Shown one piece after another: positions 25,092-33,915 of a stretch of 64,000 nt of DNA. This DNA is from Candidatus Doudnabacteria bacterium RIFCSPHIGHO2_01_FULL_46_24 (GTDB taxonomy: Bacteria; Patescibacteriota; Doudnabacteria; UBA920; O2-02-FULL-48-8): the NCBI GenBank assembly GCA_001777575.1, contig MFEL01000018.1:72264-136263 (forward strand). The letters are read 5' to 3'. The translations under genes and the position numbers were made by a program. Each line of letters opens with the position of its first letter. The first letter of the stretch is position 1. A model generated the notes under the pieces. That model was given only the letters and a program-made list of their open reading frames with translations, made no database searches and was not told the DNA's origin.

Positions 25092-26312
25092 TCACGCGCT
25101 CGATTTTGTCAAGGAGGTACGGTAAAAGCCATAGGCAAACAGCAACATGAGCAGGCCAAGGCTTAAAAAAATCACTTTCAAAGATACGGCGTCGGCCCAA
25201 GCTCCCACCAGCACCGTCGGCAATGTTGCCGAGGCCTGGAGAAAAACGTACAAAGCTCCGTAAATACGCCCCCGGGCGGTTTCGTTGGCATAGGTCTGAA
25301 GCAGCGCATGGGCTGGGGCAAAAATATGGGCATTGAAAAATCCGGCTAGCAGCCCGGCGGCAAAATAATAAGCGAAGCGGAAAGGCAAGTCGTTGAGCAA
25401 TCCAAAACTGGCAATCATCAAACCCATGCCGGCAAACCCGATCGCCACCAGCCGGTGGCGGCTGAAGAACCGATTCTGAAAACCCAAACTCAATGCCCCA
25501 AGCAAAATACCCAACCCCAAGGGTGCGATGACCAAAAACGAACCGCTCTCTAAATTCAACCCAAGCCACCTGTCCACAAACACGGGTGCTAACATAATCA
25601 AAATTCCGTTAATCAGCTGACCTAAGATCAGCGCAATCAAAGGGAAATGCAAAAACTGATCATTCCAAAAATACCTGACACCGCCCTTGAATTCGTGCCA
25701 GACGTTCTCCAAAAATTCAAACTTAGGTAAGTTTGGCTTCAAGGCTGGAAGCGAGAGCGTAGCTATGCCGGCGATCCCCAACAGCACCATGCCGATGAAA
25801 AAAATCGCCTGGAAGCCGAAATACGAAACGATCGGGCCGGCGGCGGCAAAACCCAAAACCATGGAACCGTTGGCCGTGAAAGAAAAGTAACTGTTGGCAA
25901 TCAGCACTTGCTCCTTCTTAACCAAATTGGGTATGGACGGCGCTTCTGACGGCAGATAAAACTGGTTAAGGGAAGAATACAAAAACGTAACTCCGGCCAG
26001 AGCCCAAAAATTATTTTCAGACAACAGGAAGAGCCCCAAGACCGCAGCCTGCGCAAAATTGACAATGGTCATGATCCATTTCCGGTCAAAACGATCCGCA
26101 TACACCCCGGCAAATGCGCCAAAGACCAAAGTTGCGGCCCCAAACGACAAAATGATCAAAGAGACAGCCAACGAAGACTCAGTCAGACGAAACACCTTAA
26201 TCAGCACCGCGTAACTGAGTAAGAAATTGGTCAATTGGGAGCAAAGCTGGGAAACCCAGAGCTTGGTAAAATCAGTATTCTTCAATACGGATAAATAGGC
26301 GACAAGCGTCAT
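25092..26312 (-). CDS. MFS transporter
   Basis: About 12 TM segments; GVYADRFDRK motif A. Confidence 0.9.
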   Translation of the reverse strand: MTLVAYLSVLKNTDFTKLWVSQLCSQLTNFLLSYAVLIKVFRLTESSLAVSLIILSFGAATLVFGAFAGVYADRFDRKWIMTIVNFAQAAVLGLFLLSENNFWALAGVTFLYSSLNQFYLPSEAPSIPNLVKKEQVLIANSYFSFTANGSMVLGFAAAGPIVSYFGFQAIFFIGMVLLGIAGIATLSLPALKPNLPKFEFLENVWHEFKGGVRYFWNDQFLHFPLIALILGQLINGILIMLAPVFVDRWLGLNLESGSFLVIAPLGLGILLGALSLGFQNRFFSRHRLVAIGFAGMGLMIASFGLLNDLPFRFAYYFAAGLLAGFFNAHIFAPAHALLQTYANETARGRIYGALYVFLQASATLPTVLVGAWADAVSLKVIFLSLGLLMLLFAYGFYRTSLTKSSA

Positions 26313-26668
26313 CTTTTAGACTTGGTTATATTTGGCGGTTTTTGATAAAAAGGCAAAACCAGCCGGCTAAACTTCTTTTCCTTCTGGCCAACCTCAACTC
26401 CGGCAACCCGAATGTTCAGCCCATACGCCAAGGCATTGGCAGTGGCAACGCCGGTCCTCACCCGGCTAAAAAAACCTGGCCCTCTGACCACTATAATTTT
26501 TTTTAAGTCTGAAATTTTTTTCTTGTTCTTTTCAATAAGCGCGGAAATTTGCGGCATCAAAGTTTCGGACAATCGCCTCGTCCGCCATTGTTTGGAAAAC
26601 TTTTTGTCCTTCACGAGCAGTGTGATTTTGACCAAATCATTGTCCGTGGTGTCAATAAACAATGTCAT
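26309..26668 (-). CDS. tsaB: tRNA threonylcarbamoyladenosine biosynthesis protein TsaB (short form)
   Basis: LFIDT and GPGFFSRVRTGVATANALA. Confidence 0.8.
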   Translation of the reverse strand: MTLFIDTTDNDLVKITLLVKDKKFSKQWRTRRLSETLMPQISALIEKNKKKISDLKKIIVVRGPGFFSRVRTGVATANALAYGLNIRVAGVEVGQKEKKFSRLVLPFYQKPPNITKSKR

Positions 26669-27930
26669 GAAATTTTAGCAAGCTCCTCTCTGATCAACTT
26701 TCGATCGTCCCATTGAATATAACCGCCCCTGACAGCCATCTTCTGTTCCGCGCCTTTTCCAGTGACAATCACCAAGTCCCCCGCTCTGGCTAAACTTAGC
26801 GCTTTGGCAATCGCTTCTCGCCGGTCGAGAATCTTGATGGCTTTCAGGCTGCCCGCTGCAACATCATCAATAATTTGCTGGGGGTCATCATCGTACGGGT
26901 CTTCGTTGGTGACAATGACAACATCCGCAAACTGATCGGCGATCTGGCCCAGGATTTTTCGACGCGACACGTCTCTGCCGCCGCCAGTCGAGCCCAAAAT
27001 ATGAATAATCCGATTCTTAGGCCATTGAACAATCGAGGCATACATCTGGCGCAAGGATTCCGGCTCCGGCGCATAGTCAACCAGCACTTTGAAATTTGGA
27101 CCGTCAATGATTTCCATGCGGCCAGGAATATTCTGCACTTTTTCCAATGCCTGTCTGCAAACAGCCAAATCTATACCCAATGCTTTGGCCGTGGCGATCG
27201 CGGCCAAAGCATTATAAAAATCGAAGCGCCCTTTCAAGTGCAGATTGAAACTCTGATTGCCCACTTCGAAGCTGATTCCCTGCTCCGCAACAGTCAGCCT
27301 CTGTCCACGAATGTCTGCATTCGAGTTTTGGCCGAAGCTAATCACTTGAGGAACTCTGAAATTCGTAAACTCAGCATAATATGGATCGTCCACGTTGGCC
27401 ACGATGGCTTTTTTTGCCTGGGCAAATAATTTCAACTTAGCCCGTTTATAGTTCTCAAATCCGCCATGAGCTTCGAGATGCTCCGGTGTGAGGTTGGTAA
27501 ACACGCAAACATCAAAATGAACGCCGCGGTGGCGGTGGTGCTCAATGCCTTCGGAAGAAACTTCAAGAACAGCATGAGTGCAGCCAACCTTAACTCCCCT
27601 GGCCAGAATGCTCTGCAAGAAAAACCGTCCCGGCATAGTCATCTTCAAATCATTCAGTTTTTCATCTGAACCGATTTTGAAATTCACAGTTGATGTTGCC
27701 ACCACTTTTCCGCCAGCTGGCGGACCCGCCTCTTCAAGAATCTTAGCAATCAGGTTGACTGTAGTGGATTTGCCATTAGTGCCGGTAACACCAATCACGA
27801 CCAGCTTTTCCGAAGGGTTGCCATAAACCACTGCCGCCAGCCACGACAAAAACCGGTGATACCCGCTCACCACACGTCTGCCCACCAATTTTTTAATCAA
27901 ATTCTTGATTGCGTGCACGCCTACTATCAT
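26665..27930 (-). CDS. murE: UDP-N-acetylmuramyl-tripeptide synthetase
   Basis: GVTGTNGKST, EVSS, FTNLTPEHL, DYA and TNEDPY. Confidence 0.9.
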   Translation of the reverse strand: MIVGVHAIKNLIKKLVGRRVVSGYHRFLSWLAAVVYGNPSEKLVVIGVTGTNGKSTTVNLIAKILEEAGPPAGGKVVATSTVNFKIGSDEKLNDLKMTMPGRFFLQSILARGVKVGCTHAVLEVSSEGIEHHRHRGVHFDVCVFTNLTPEHLEAHGGFENYKRAKLKLFAQAKKAIVANVDDPYYAEFTNFRVPQVISFGQNSNADIRGQRLTVAEQGISFEVGNQSFNLHLKGRFDFYNALAAIATAKALGIDLAVCRQALEKVQNIPGRMEIIDGPNFKVLVDYAPEPESLRQMYASIVQWPKNRIIHILGSTGGGRDVSRRKILGQIADQFADVVIVTNEDPYDDDPQQIIDDVAAGSLKAIKILDRREAIAKALSLARAGDLVIVTGKGAEQKMAVRGGYIQWDDRKLIREELAKIS

Positions 27931-27954
27931 AACAAAAAATCGCCCTCAGGGCGA

Positions 27955-28530
27955 TTATGCCACCTCTCTGTGCCGTTCCACTTCCTTTTTGTGGCGCTGG
28001 TGGAAGCGGACCAATTTGATGACTTTTTTCACCAATTTTTTGGGATCGGAATCAAACACGATATTCCGCCGGCCGCGTTTGGCGGCTTTAAGAATATGGT
28101 CAATCTCCGTTTCCGTGCCCCCGGTACCGGTAAGTACTCCGATCACTCGTTTTTCCTCAAAGGCCGTGGTGAATTCGTTGATCGTCCCGATGCGGCCGCA
28201 GATGACAATCACGGCATCCGCCGCCCGGGTCATGAGCATGTTGCGCCCCGAATAATCAAAACCGGTATAGATAATCAAGTCCATGTAACCTGTAGGTAAA
28301 TGGTACGTGTTTACGTGAGCGCTGCGGGAAATTGCCGGAGAGAGGCCAATGGAAATGCCGCCGGCCGACTTGGCTCCCCTCGTCGCCCACTGTGGCACGC
28401 CAATGGTCGCGCCGGTTAACAGCACCGCACCCTGCAGGGCAATCTGCCGGCCAACCTCATAGGCTTTTTTGAAGGCGCCGCGGGCGCAATTGTTTTCGGC
28501 GGAACCTGAGACGGCGATTTTATACTGCAT
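27955..28530 (-). CDS. LOG / TIGR00725-family protein
   Basis: KIAVSG, GRNMLM and GRIGTINE. Start placed at MQYKIA; the upstream extension in the track runs through a repeat region. Confidence 0.8.
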   Translation of the reverse strand: MQYKIAVSGSAENNCARGAFKKAYEVGRQIALQGAVLLTGATIGVPQWATRGAKSAGGISIGLSPAISRSAHVNTYHLPTGYMDLIIYTGFDYSGRNMLMTRAADAVIVICGRIGTINEFTTAFEEKRVIGVLTGTGGTETEIDHILKAAKRGRRNIVFDSDPKKLVKKVIKLVRFHQRHKKEVERHREVA

Positions 28531-28642
28531 AAATGTGATGCGAATAATACAAATTTTATGCGAATCTACGGATATGCAAATCTCGGAGAATTGGCATATT
28601 TGCCAGATCCGCATTACATTCCTAGATCCGCATCACACTAAA

Positions 28643-29614
28643 CTATTGCCTCAACAGCTTTCGGACAAGCCGGGCTTGCTTATAGACATTATACCAGACC
28701 GGGGAAAAAACTAAATCAAAGCTGCCCGGATAGACCACTTCGAACCCGCCAAAAGATTTTTTGAAGCGTGTAATTCCCGCCCAGGAGCCGGTTGGTTCCC
28801 GCCCATCTTTGATGGGCGAGGCTCGCCCAGACTGTGTCTGGACGGCTATGCCACCAAAATCGTAAGTTGCAAGTCCCAGTCTTTTTGCCAATCGTATGGC
28901 TTCCCAGTGCAGCAAGTAAGGCGCCATGGCATCTTTCATCTGCCACGATGAACCGCCGTGCACATACGCGGCCGTTGAGCCAAACAAAGTCAGGAGCATG
29001 GCAGCCAAAGGTTGTCCTTTATATTCCGCCACCTGGAGTTTCAAAAATTTCGGGGAAAGATGCTCATGCATCTGCCAATAATAATTCTGCGGATGCAGTT
29101 GAAACTTGTTCCGACCAGCGGTTTCCAGAAATAACCGGTAAGCCACGATTAAATCTTGTTTGCTTCCTTCCCGCACCGTCACTCCCTTACGCTGCGCCAA
29201 ATTGATGTTGTAGCGGGTTTTGGGCTTCATGCGCATCAAAATTTCTTCGTCACTTTTATCCAGACTCAGCATCCAATTATGGCTGGGCTGGGTTTCTTTT
29301 GGTGACGACGGCAAGTTGAGTTTTTCATTCGGTTCCACTCGGCTGAACACGATCGAAGTATCCTCGGACAAACTCTTCAAATCAGCCAAGGCTGCTTGGG
29401 CGTCCCCCAACGGCCCTCGCGGGCAATAAGCATATTTCTTATTCAGCGGCAGGGCGATTTCCAAAGCCTGGGCCATGAATTGATCAGAAGAAAATCTATG
29501 TAATCTATACCCGAAACTTTCCTGAAACTGCCCCCAGGCCCAGGATTGCAAAATCGAGCCTCCGAGCTCGACCACTTTCGCATCCCATTGTTCTTGGGTT
29601 AAGCTTGAGATCAT
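28643..29614 (-). CDS. FemAB/FemX family lipid II peptidyltransferase
   Basis: ILQSWAWG, YCPRGP, KTRYNINLA, YDFGG and GITRFKKSFGG. Confidence 0.92.
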   Translation of the reverse strand: MISSLTQEQWDAKVVELGGSILQSWAWGQFQESFGYRLHRFSSDQFMAQALEIALPLNKKYAYCPRGPLGDAQAALADLKSLSEDTSIVFSRVEPNEKLNLPSSPKETQPSHNWMLSLDKSDEEILMRMKPKTRYNINLAQRKGVTVREGSKQDLIVAYRLFLETAGRNKFQLHPQNYYWQMHEHLSPKFLKLQVAEYKGQPLAAMLLTLFGSTAAYVHGGSSWQMKDAMAPYLLHWEAIRLAKRLGLATYDFGGIAVQTQSGRASPIKDGREPTGSWAGITRFKKSFGGFEVVYPGSFDLVFSPVWYNVYKQARLVRKLLRQ

Positions 29615-29722
29615 ATAGTAAAAACGTTGAGAGGTTACGACGCCCGTATCGTGAGAGGGTGACGTTAGACGTTTAACTCTAAACGATACTGGCTTCGTTA
29701 CCGACTAACGCTAAACGACGAG

Positions 29723-30289
29723 CTATTTGCTAAAACTTTTTAACACAAACCTAACCTTGTCCTGAAGTTTTGTTATCTCATTTGGCACGGCCTTTAATGC
29801 CTCCCGCGCTTGCTGTTGGCTGTAGCCCAAAGCCAAAAGCGCATCCACGGCATCCGAATGTTCCCTGGCCACCGGCATTTTATCCGCCTCTCCTTTCAAT
29901 TTGTCCTTCAGCTCAATAATCACCCGTTCCGCGGTTTTTCTCCCGATGCCGGAAACTTTGGTGAATACACTCGGATCTTCAGACACAATGGCGGATTTGA
30001 TCATGTCCACGGAAGCTAGAGACATGATGCCTAAGGCTGATTTCGGTCCAACTCCCGAAACAGTCAAAAGCAGCTCAAAAAATTCGAGCTCGGCAAGCTT
30101 TTCAAAGCCATACAAAGTAATCTGGTCTTCGCGGACATAAGTGTGAATTACCAAGCTTAATTCTTGACCTGTTTTCAGGCTGACATGCAAAACCGGAGTG
30201 ACAAAAACCTTGTAGCCGACTCCTGATGTTTCCAGAATGATGTAGTTGACCGCTTTATGACTAATTTTCCCTTTAATTGAACCGAGCAT
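29723..30289 (-). CDS. ruvA: Holliday junction branch migration protein
   Basis: HTYVRED, VSGVGPKSA and GIGRKTAERVIIEL. Confidence 0.97.
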   Translation of the reverse strand: MLGSIKGKISHKAVNYIILETSGVGYKVFVTPVLHVSLKTGQELSLVIHTYVREDQITLYGFEKLAELEFFELLLTVSGVGPKSALGIMSLASVDMIKSAIVSEDPSVFTKVSGIGRKTAERVIIELKDKLKGEADKMPVAREHSDAVDALLALGYSQQQAREALKAVPNEITKLQDKVRFVLKSFSK

Positions 30290-30379
30290 AAGTCTATTAT
30301 AGAACTCCTTGATAAAAATGCCAAAGTATACTATATTAATTTACTGATCTTCTCTGACACTGACTGACGGAGGAAACTC

Positions 30380-30562
30380 ATGAATCTGACCGATTCGCAA
30401 CGCAGATTGTTGAAATCAGCCGACTGTGACGGTCGAGTGTTCGCGAGGCTAAGTCGAGAACTGGAAGAACTAATCCAGGGAGGATACCTCGAAGAGAACG
30501 TATACAACGGCAACTGCTACCGGGTTCGAAAAACTGCTGACGGGAAAAACGTCCCTCCCTGA
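30380..30562 (+). CDS. Small hypothetical protein
   Basis: 60 aa with GGAGGA SD and a downstream hairpin + T run (about 30595-30636). Confidence 0.5.
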   Translation: MNLTDSQRRLLKSADCDGRVFARLSRELEELIQGGYLEENVYNGNCYRVRKTADGKNVPP

Positions 30563-30706
30563 CGTGCTGGCCGACGGCGTCTATGCGACCGCCAAAAGCG
30601 TCGACTCTCTATAGGGATCGGCGCTTCTTTTTTTTACCTTAGGCCTCTATACAAAAATTTCTTAAATCTGTTAAACTGCAATTTGAGCCCTTTACAACCA
30701 TCACGA

Positions 30707-30788
30707 GCGACTGCTTTAGATCAAGGTCCAACCTTGATCTAAGAATCATCTTTAGCTAAAGGTTGGACCTTTCGCTAAGAGCAGTCGC
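30707..30788. repeat. REP-doublet-like palindromic element
   Basis: Outer IR GCGACTGC/GCAGTCGC enclosing TTAGATCAAGG-tccaa-CCTTGATCTAA and an inverted AAGGTTGGACCTT unit. Confidence 0.7.
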
Positions 30789-30826
30789 AGCCGCCTTGAC
30801 TCGCAATGGGTTACTTTTCTATAACT

Positions 30827-32938
30827 ATGAATTTTAAATTAGTATCACAATTCAAACCCGCCGGGGATCAACCCCAGGCCATTGAAAAACTCGTTAAGGG
30901 TCTGAAAAAAAATTACCTCTACCAAACACTGTTGGGTGTCACGGGCAGTGGTAAGACTTTTACCATGGCCAATGTCATAGAAAAAACCCAGCGGCCGACT
31001 CTGGTCATTTCCCACAACAAGACCCTGGCTGCGCAGTTGGCGAGCGAATTTCAGGATTTTTTCCCGGACAATGCCGTGCATTATTTTGTTTCCTATTATG
31101 ATTACTACCAGCCTGAAGCCTATATTCCCCGCAGTGACACATATATTGAAAAAGAAACCGAGATTAACGAGGAAATTGACAAACTACGCAATGCCGCCAC
31201 GCAAAGTTTGCTTTCGCGCCAGGATGTTCTGATCGTCGCCTCTGTCTCGTGCATTTACGGCCTGGGCAACCCGGGCGACTATCTGGAACTTTCCATTCCG
31301 CTCAAGGTCGGGACGAAAATCAAACGCGACAAGTTCCTGCGACGGCTGACTGATCTGCAGTTTATGCGCAATGACGTGAATTTACAGCGCGGGACTTTCC
31401 GCGTGCGGGGGGATGTGGTGGAAATAATTCCGGCTTCGGAAGACAAAATTTACCGGATAAATTTTTTTGGCGACGAGATTGAGAAAATTACCCTGCATGA
31501 TCCGTTGACCGGGCAAGATTTAACAAATAGGTTAACGTTGGACGGCAGCGCGACGCGTATCGGTAAACGTGAACCGGCAGGCGTCTTGAAGACGTATTAC
31601 GCCACCGAAAAACGAAACGCGCAGCGCCGCCCATCAACGCTTGACGCATTAACTATTTTCCCGGCTAAGCACTTTGTCACGCCGCGGGAAAAAATGCTGG
31701 CAGCCATCAAAAATATCCAAAACGAACTGGCCGAGCGGATCAAGTTTTTCAAAAGCCGGGATAAACTCATAGAAGCCCAAAGGATCGAGCAGCGCACCAA
31801 CTTTGACCTGGAGATGATGGTGGAAACCGGCTTTGTTAACGGCATTGAAAATTATTCCCGGCATCTGGATTTCCGCCGAAGCGGCGAGCCGCCGTCCACG
31901 CTCATTGACTATTTCCCGGACGATTTTTTGCTATTCATTGATGAGTCGCACATCACTTTGCCGCAGATCGGCGGCATGTACGAAGGCGACCACTCTCGCA
32001 AACAAACTTTAGTGGATTTCGGCTTTCGTCTGCCCAGCGCCATGGACAACCGGCCATTGAAGTTCGAGGAGTTTGAGAAAAAAATTGACCAGACAATTTT
32101 TGTCTCGGCCACGCCGAAAGCTGAACGCGAACTCAAAATTTCCAAACAAGTCGCCGAGCAGTTAATCCGCCCGACGGGATTGCTGGATCCAGAAATAGAA
32201 ATCCGGCCGATCAAAAACCAGATTGACGATTTGATGGAAGAAATCCAGACACGCGTCAAAAAGAAACAGCGCGTGCTCGTCACCACTCTGACCAAAAACA
32301 TGGCCGAGGAACTATCAAATTACTTGACCGAATACGGAGTAAAAGTCCATTATCTGCATTCCGACGTGGAAACCTTGGAGCGGCTGGAAATCCTGCGCGA
32401 TCTTCGCCTGGGGGTTTATGACGTGGTCGTGGGCATCAACCTTTTGCGCGAAGGCCTGGATCTGCCGGAAGTTTCCCTGGTCGCAATACTCGACGCGGAC
32501 AAGGAAGGATTTTTGCGAAGCGAAACATCGCTCATCCAAACCATGGGCCGGGCCGCCCGGCATGTCGAGGGGCGCGTGATTATGTATGCTGACCAAGTCA
32601 CGGGGTCAATGGACAGGGCTATGAAAGAAGTCGAACGGCGGCGCAAGATCCAAGAAGCATACAATAACAAACACGACATTACGCCGATGAGCATCCAAAA
32701 AGCCATCAAGGAGTCGCGTCTTGCCGGCATGAAGCAGGAAACAGAAATCAGTAAACAGAAATCAGAACTAGACCTAACCCGGATGGACAAGAAAGAAATC
32801 GCTTACCTGATTGAAGAGCTGCGCGACCAGATGGATCTGGCGTCCCGCAATTTGGATTTTGAAAAGGCCGCCGCTCTACGGGACCAAATCCAAGTCATTC
32901 GCGACAAGAGTCGCATGAAGCGGCATAAGTTTGGTTAG
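30827..32938 (+). CDS. uvrB: Excinuclease ABC subunit B
   Basis: [32 protein letters not shown] and C-terminal UVR motif; carries an insertion of about 40 aa. Confidence 0.98.
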   Translation: MNFKLVSQFKPAGDQPQAIEKLVKGLKKNYLYQTLLGVTGSGKTFTMANVIEKTQRPTLVISHNKTLAAQLASEFQDFFPDNAVHYFVSYYDYYQPEAYIPRSDTYIEKETEINEEIDKLRNAATQSLLSRQDVLIVASVSCIYGLGNPGDYLELSIPLKVGTKIKRDKFLRRLTDLQFMRNDVNLQRGTFRVRGDVVEIIPASEDKIYRINFFGDEIEKITLHDPLTGQDLTNRLTLDGSATRIGKREPAGVLKTYYATEKRNAQRRPSTLDALTIFPAKHFVTPREKMLAAIKNIQNELAERIKFFKSRDKLIEAQRIEQRTNFDLEMMVETGFVNGIENYSRHLDFRRSGEPPSTLIDYFPDDFLLFIDESHITLPQIGGMYEGDHSRKQTLVDFGFRLPSAMDNRPLKFEEFEKKIDQTIFVSATPKAERELKISKQVAEQLIRPTGLLDPEIEIRPIKNQIDDLMEEIQTRVKKKQRVLVTTLTKNMAEELSNYLTEYGVKVHYLHSDVETLERLEILRDLRLGVYDVVVGINLLREGLDLPEVSLVAILDADKEGFLRSETSLIQTMGRAARHVEGRVIMYADQVTGSMDRAMKEVERRRKIQEAYNNKHDITPMSIQKAIKESRLAGMKQETEISKQKSELDLTRMDKKEIAYLIEELRDQMDLASRNLDFEKAAALRDQIQVIRDKSRMKRHKFG

Positions 32939-33049
32939 TAATTAATAACGAGTAACAAATAAAAAGCTCAACGCTTAATTGACCGTCATTGGTTTTTTTG
33001 CTAAACTTTTGAAGTTCTCCTTATTACTAATTACTCCTTACTATTTACT

Positions 33050-33289
33050 ATGCCTAACACTAAATCCGCCATCAAGGCCGCCAGGCAAAATATCAAGCGC
33101 CGGGTTGCCAACCTCCTGACCCTGGAGAAAATCAAAAAAGCCGCCAAGCAGGCGCGCAAGCTTAAAACAGCTGAATCGCTGATTGAGGCTTTTTCCGCCC
33201 TGGACAAAGCCGCCAAAAAGCATGTCATCCACAAAAACAAGGCTTCGCGCCTCAAATCCCGGCTGTCGAAACTTTTAGCAAAGAAATAA
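33050..33289 (+). CDS. rpsT: 30S ribosomal protein S20
   Basis: MPNTKSAIK...LDKAAKKHVIHKNKASRLKSRL. Confidence 0.95.
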   Translation: MPNTKSAIKAARQNIKRRVANLLTLEKIKKAAKQARKLKTAESLIEAFSALDKAAKKHVIHKNKASRLKSRLSKLLAKK

Positions 33290-33363
33290 AGTTGAAACAA
33301 ATTGAAATACAATAGAAACAGGCTCCGTCACTTTCGAGGTCTTGGAATTTAATATAACTATTT

Positions 33364-33915
33364 CTATTTGTTTCCATATGTTTCTATTTTGTTTCTATCT
33401 GTTTCAATTGTATTTCTACTCTGTTTCGCCTTCTGTATTTCCTCAATCGCCTTTCTAATTGCCTCGACTGCCTCGTTTTTATCTCCGAAGCCGGTAATCT
33501 CAACGGTTTTCTGCTTTTGCCTGGCGACTTCGGCGTAAAAATCTCTAAATTTTTGTTTTTCTTCTTCGGTCAGATTTCGTTCCAGTTCATCTGCGGGAAC
33601 GGCAATGATTTTATCATCTTGGACTCCACGATCCAGTTGTTTGATCACGGCAATCGGACGGCAAAGAATAATGCTGCCGGAGAGTAAAATTTTTTCGGTC
33701 AAAATAAAGACGTCAAGAGTGTCGCCGTCGCCTGTGGCTGTTTGAGGGATAAAGCCATAGTTATTTATGAACCGCAAGCCCTTCTTAAAGACAAAATCCA
33801 CAAACATTTTATCTTTGTTTTCGTCATATTCAATTTTATCCACGGAGCCGCGAGGAATTTCTACGATAACATTAAACCGCTCCGGGCTTCCGAGAGGTGT
33901 ATCTTTAAGCGCCAT
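33364..33915 (-). CDS. ppa: Inorganic pyrophosphatase (family I)
   Basis: VEIPRGS, NYGFIPQT..DGDTLD and DDKIIAV; C-terminal tail encoded by decamer repeats. Confidence 0.85.
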   Translation of the reverse strand: MALKDTPLGSPERFNVIVEIPRGSVDKIEYDENKDKMFVDFVFKKGLRFINNYGFIPQTATGDGDTLDVFILTEKILLSGSIILCRPIAVIKQLDRGVQDDKIIAVPADELERNLTEEEKQKFRDFYAEVARQKQKTVEITGFGDKNEAVEAIRKAIEEIQKAKQSRNTIETDRNKIETYGNK

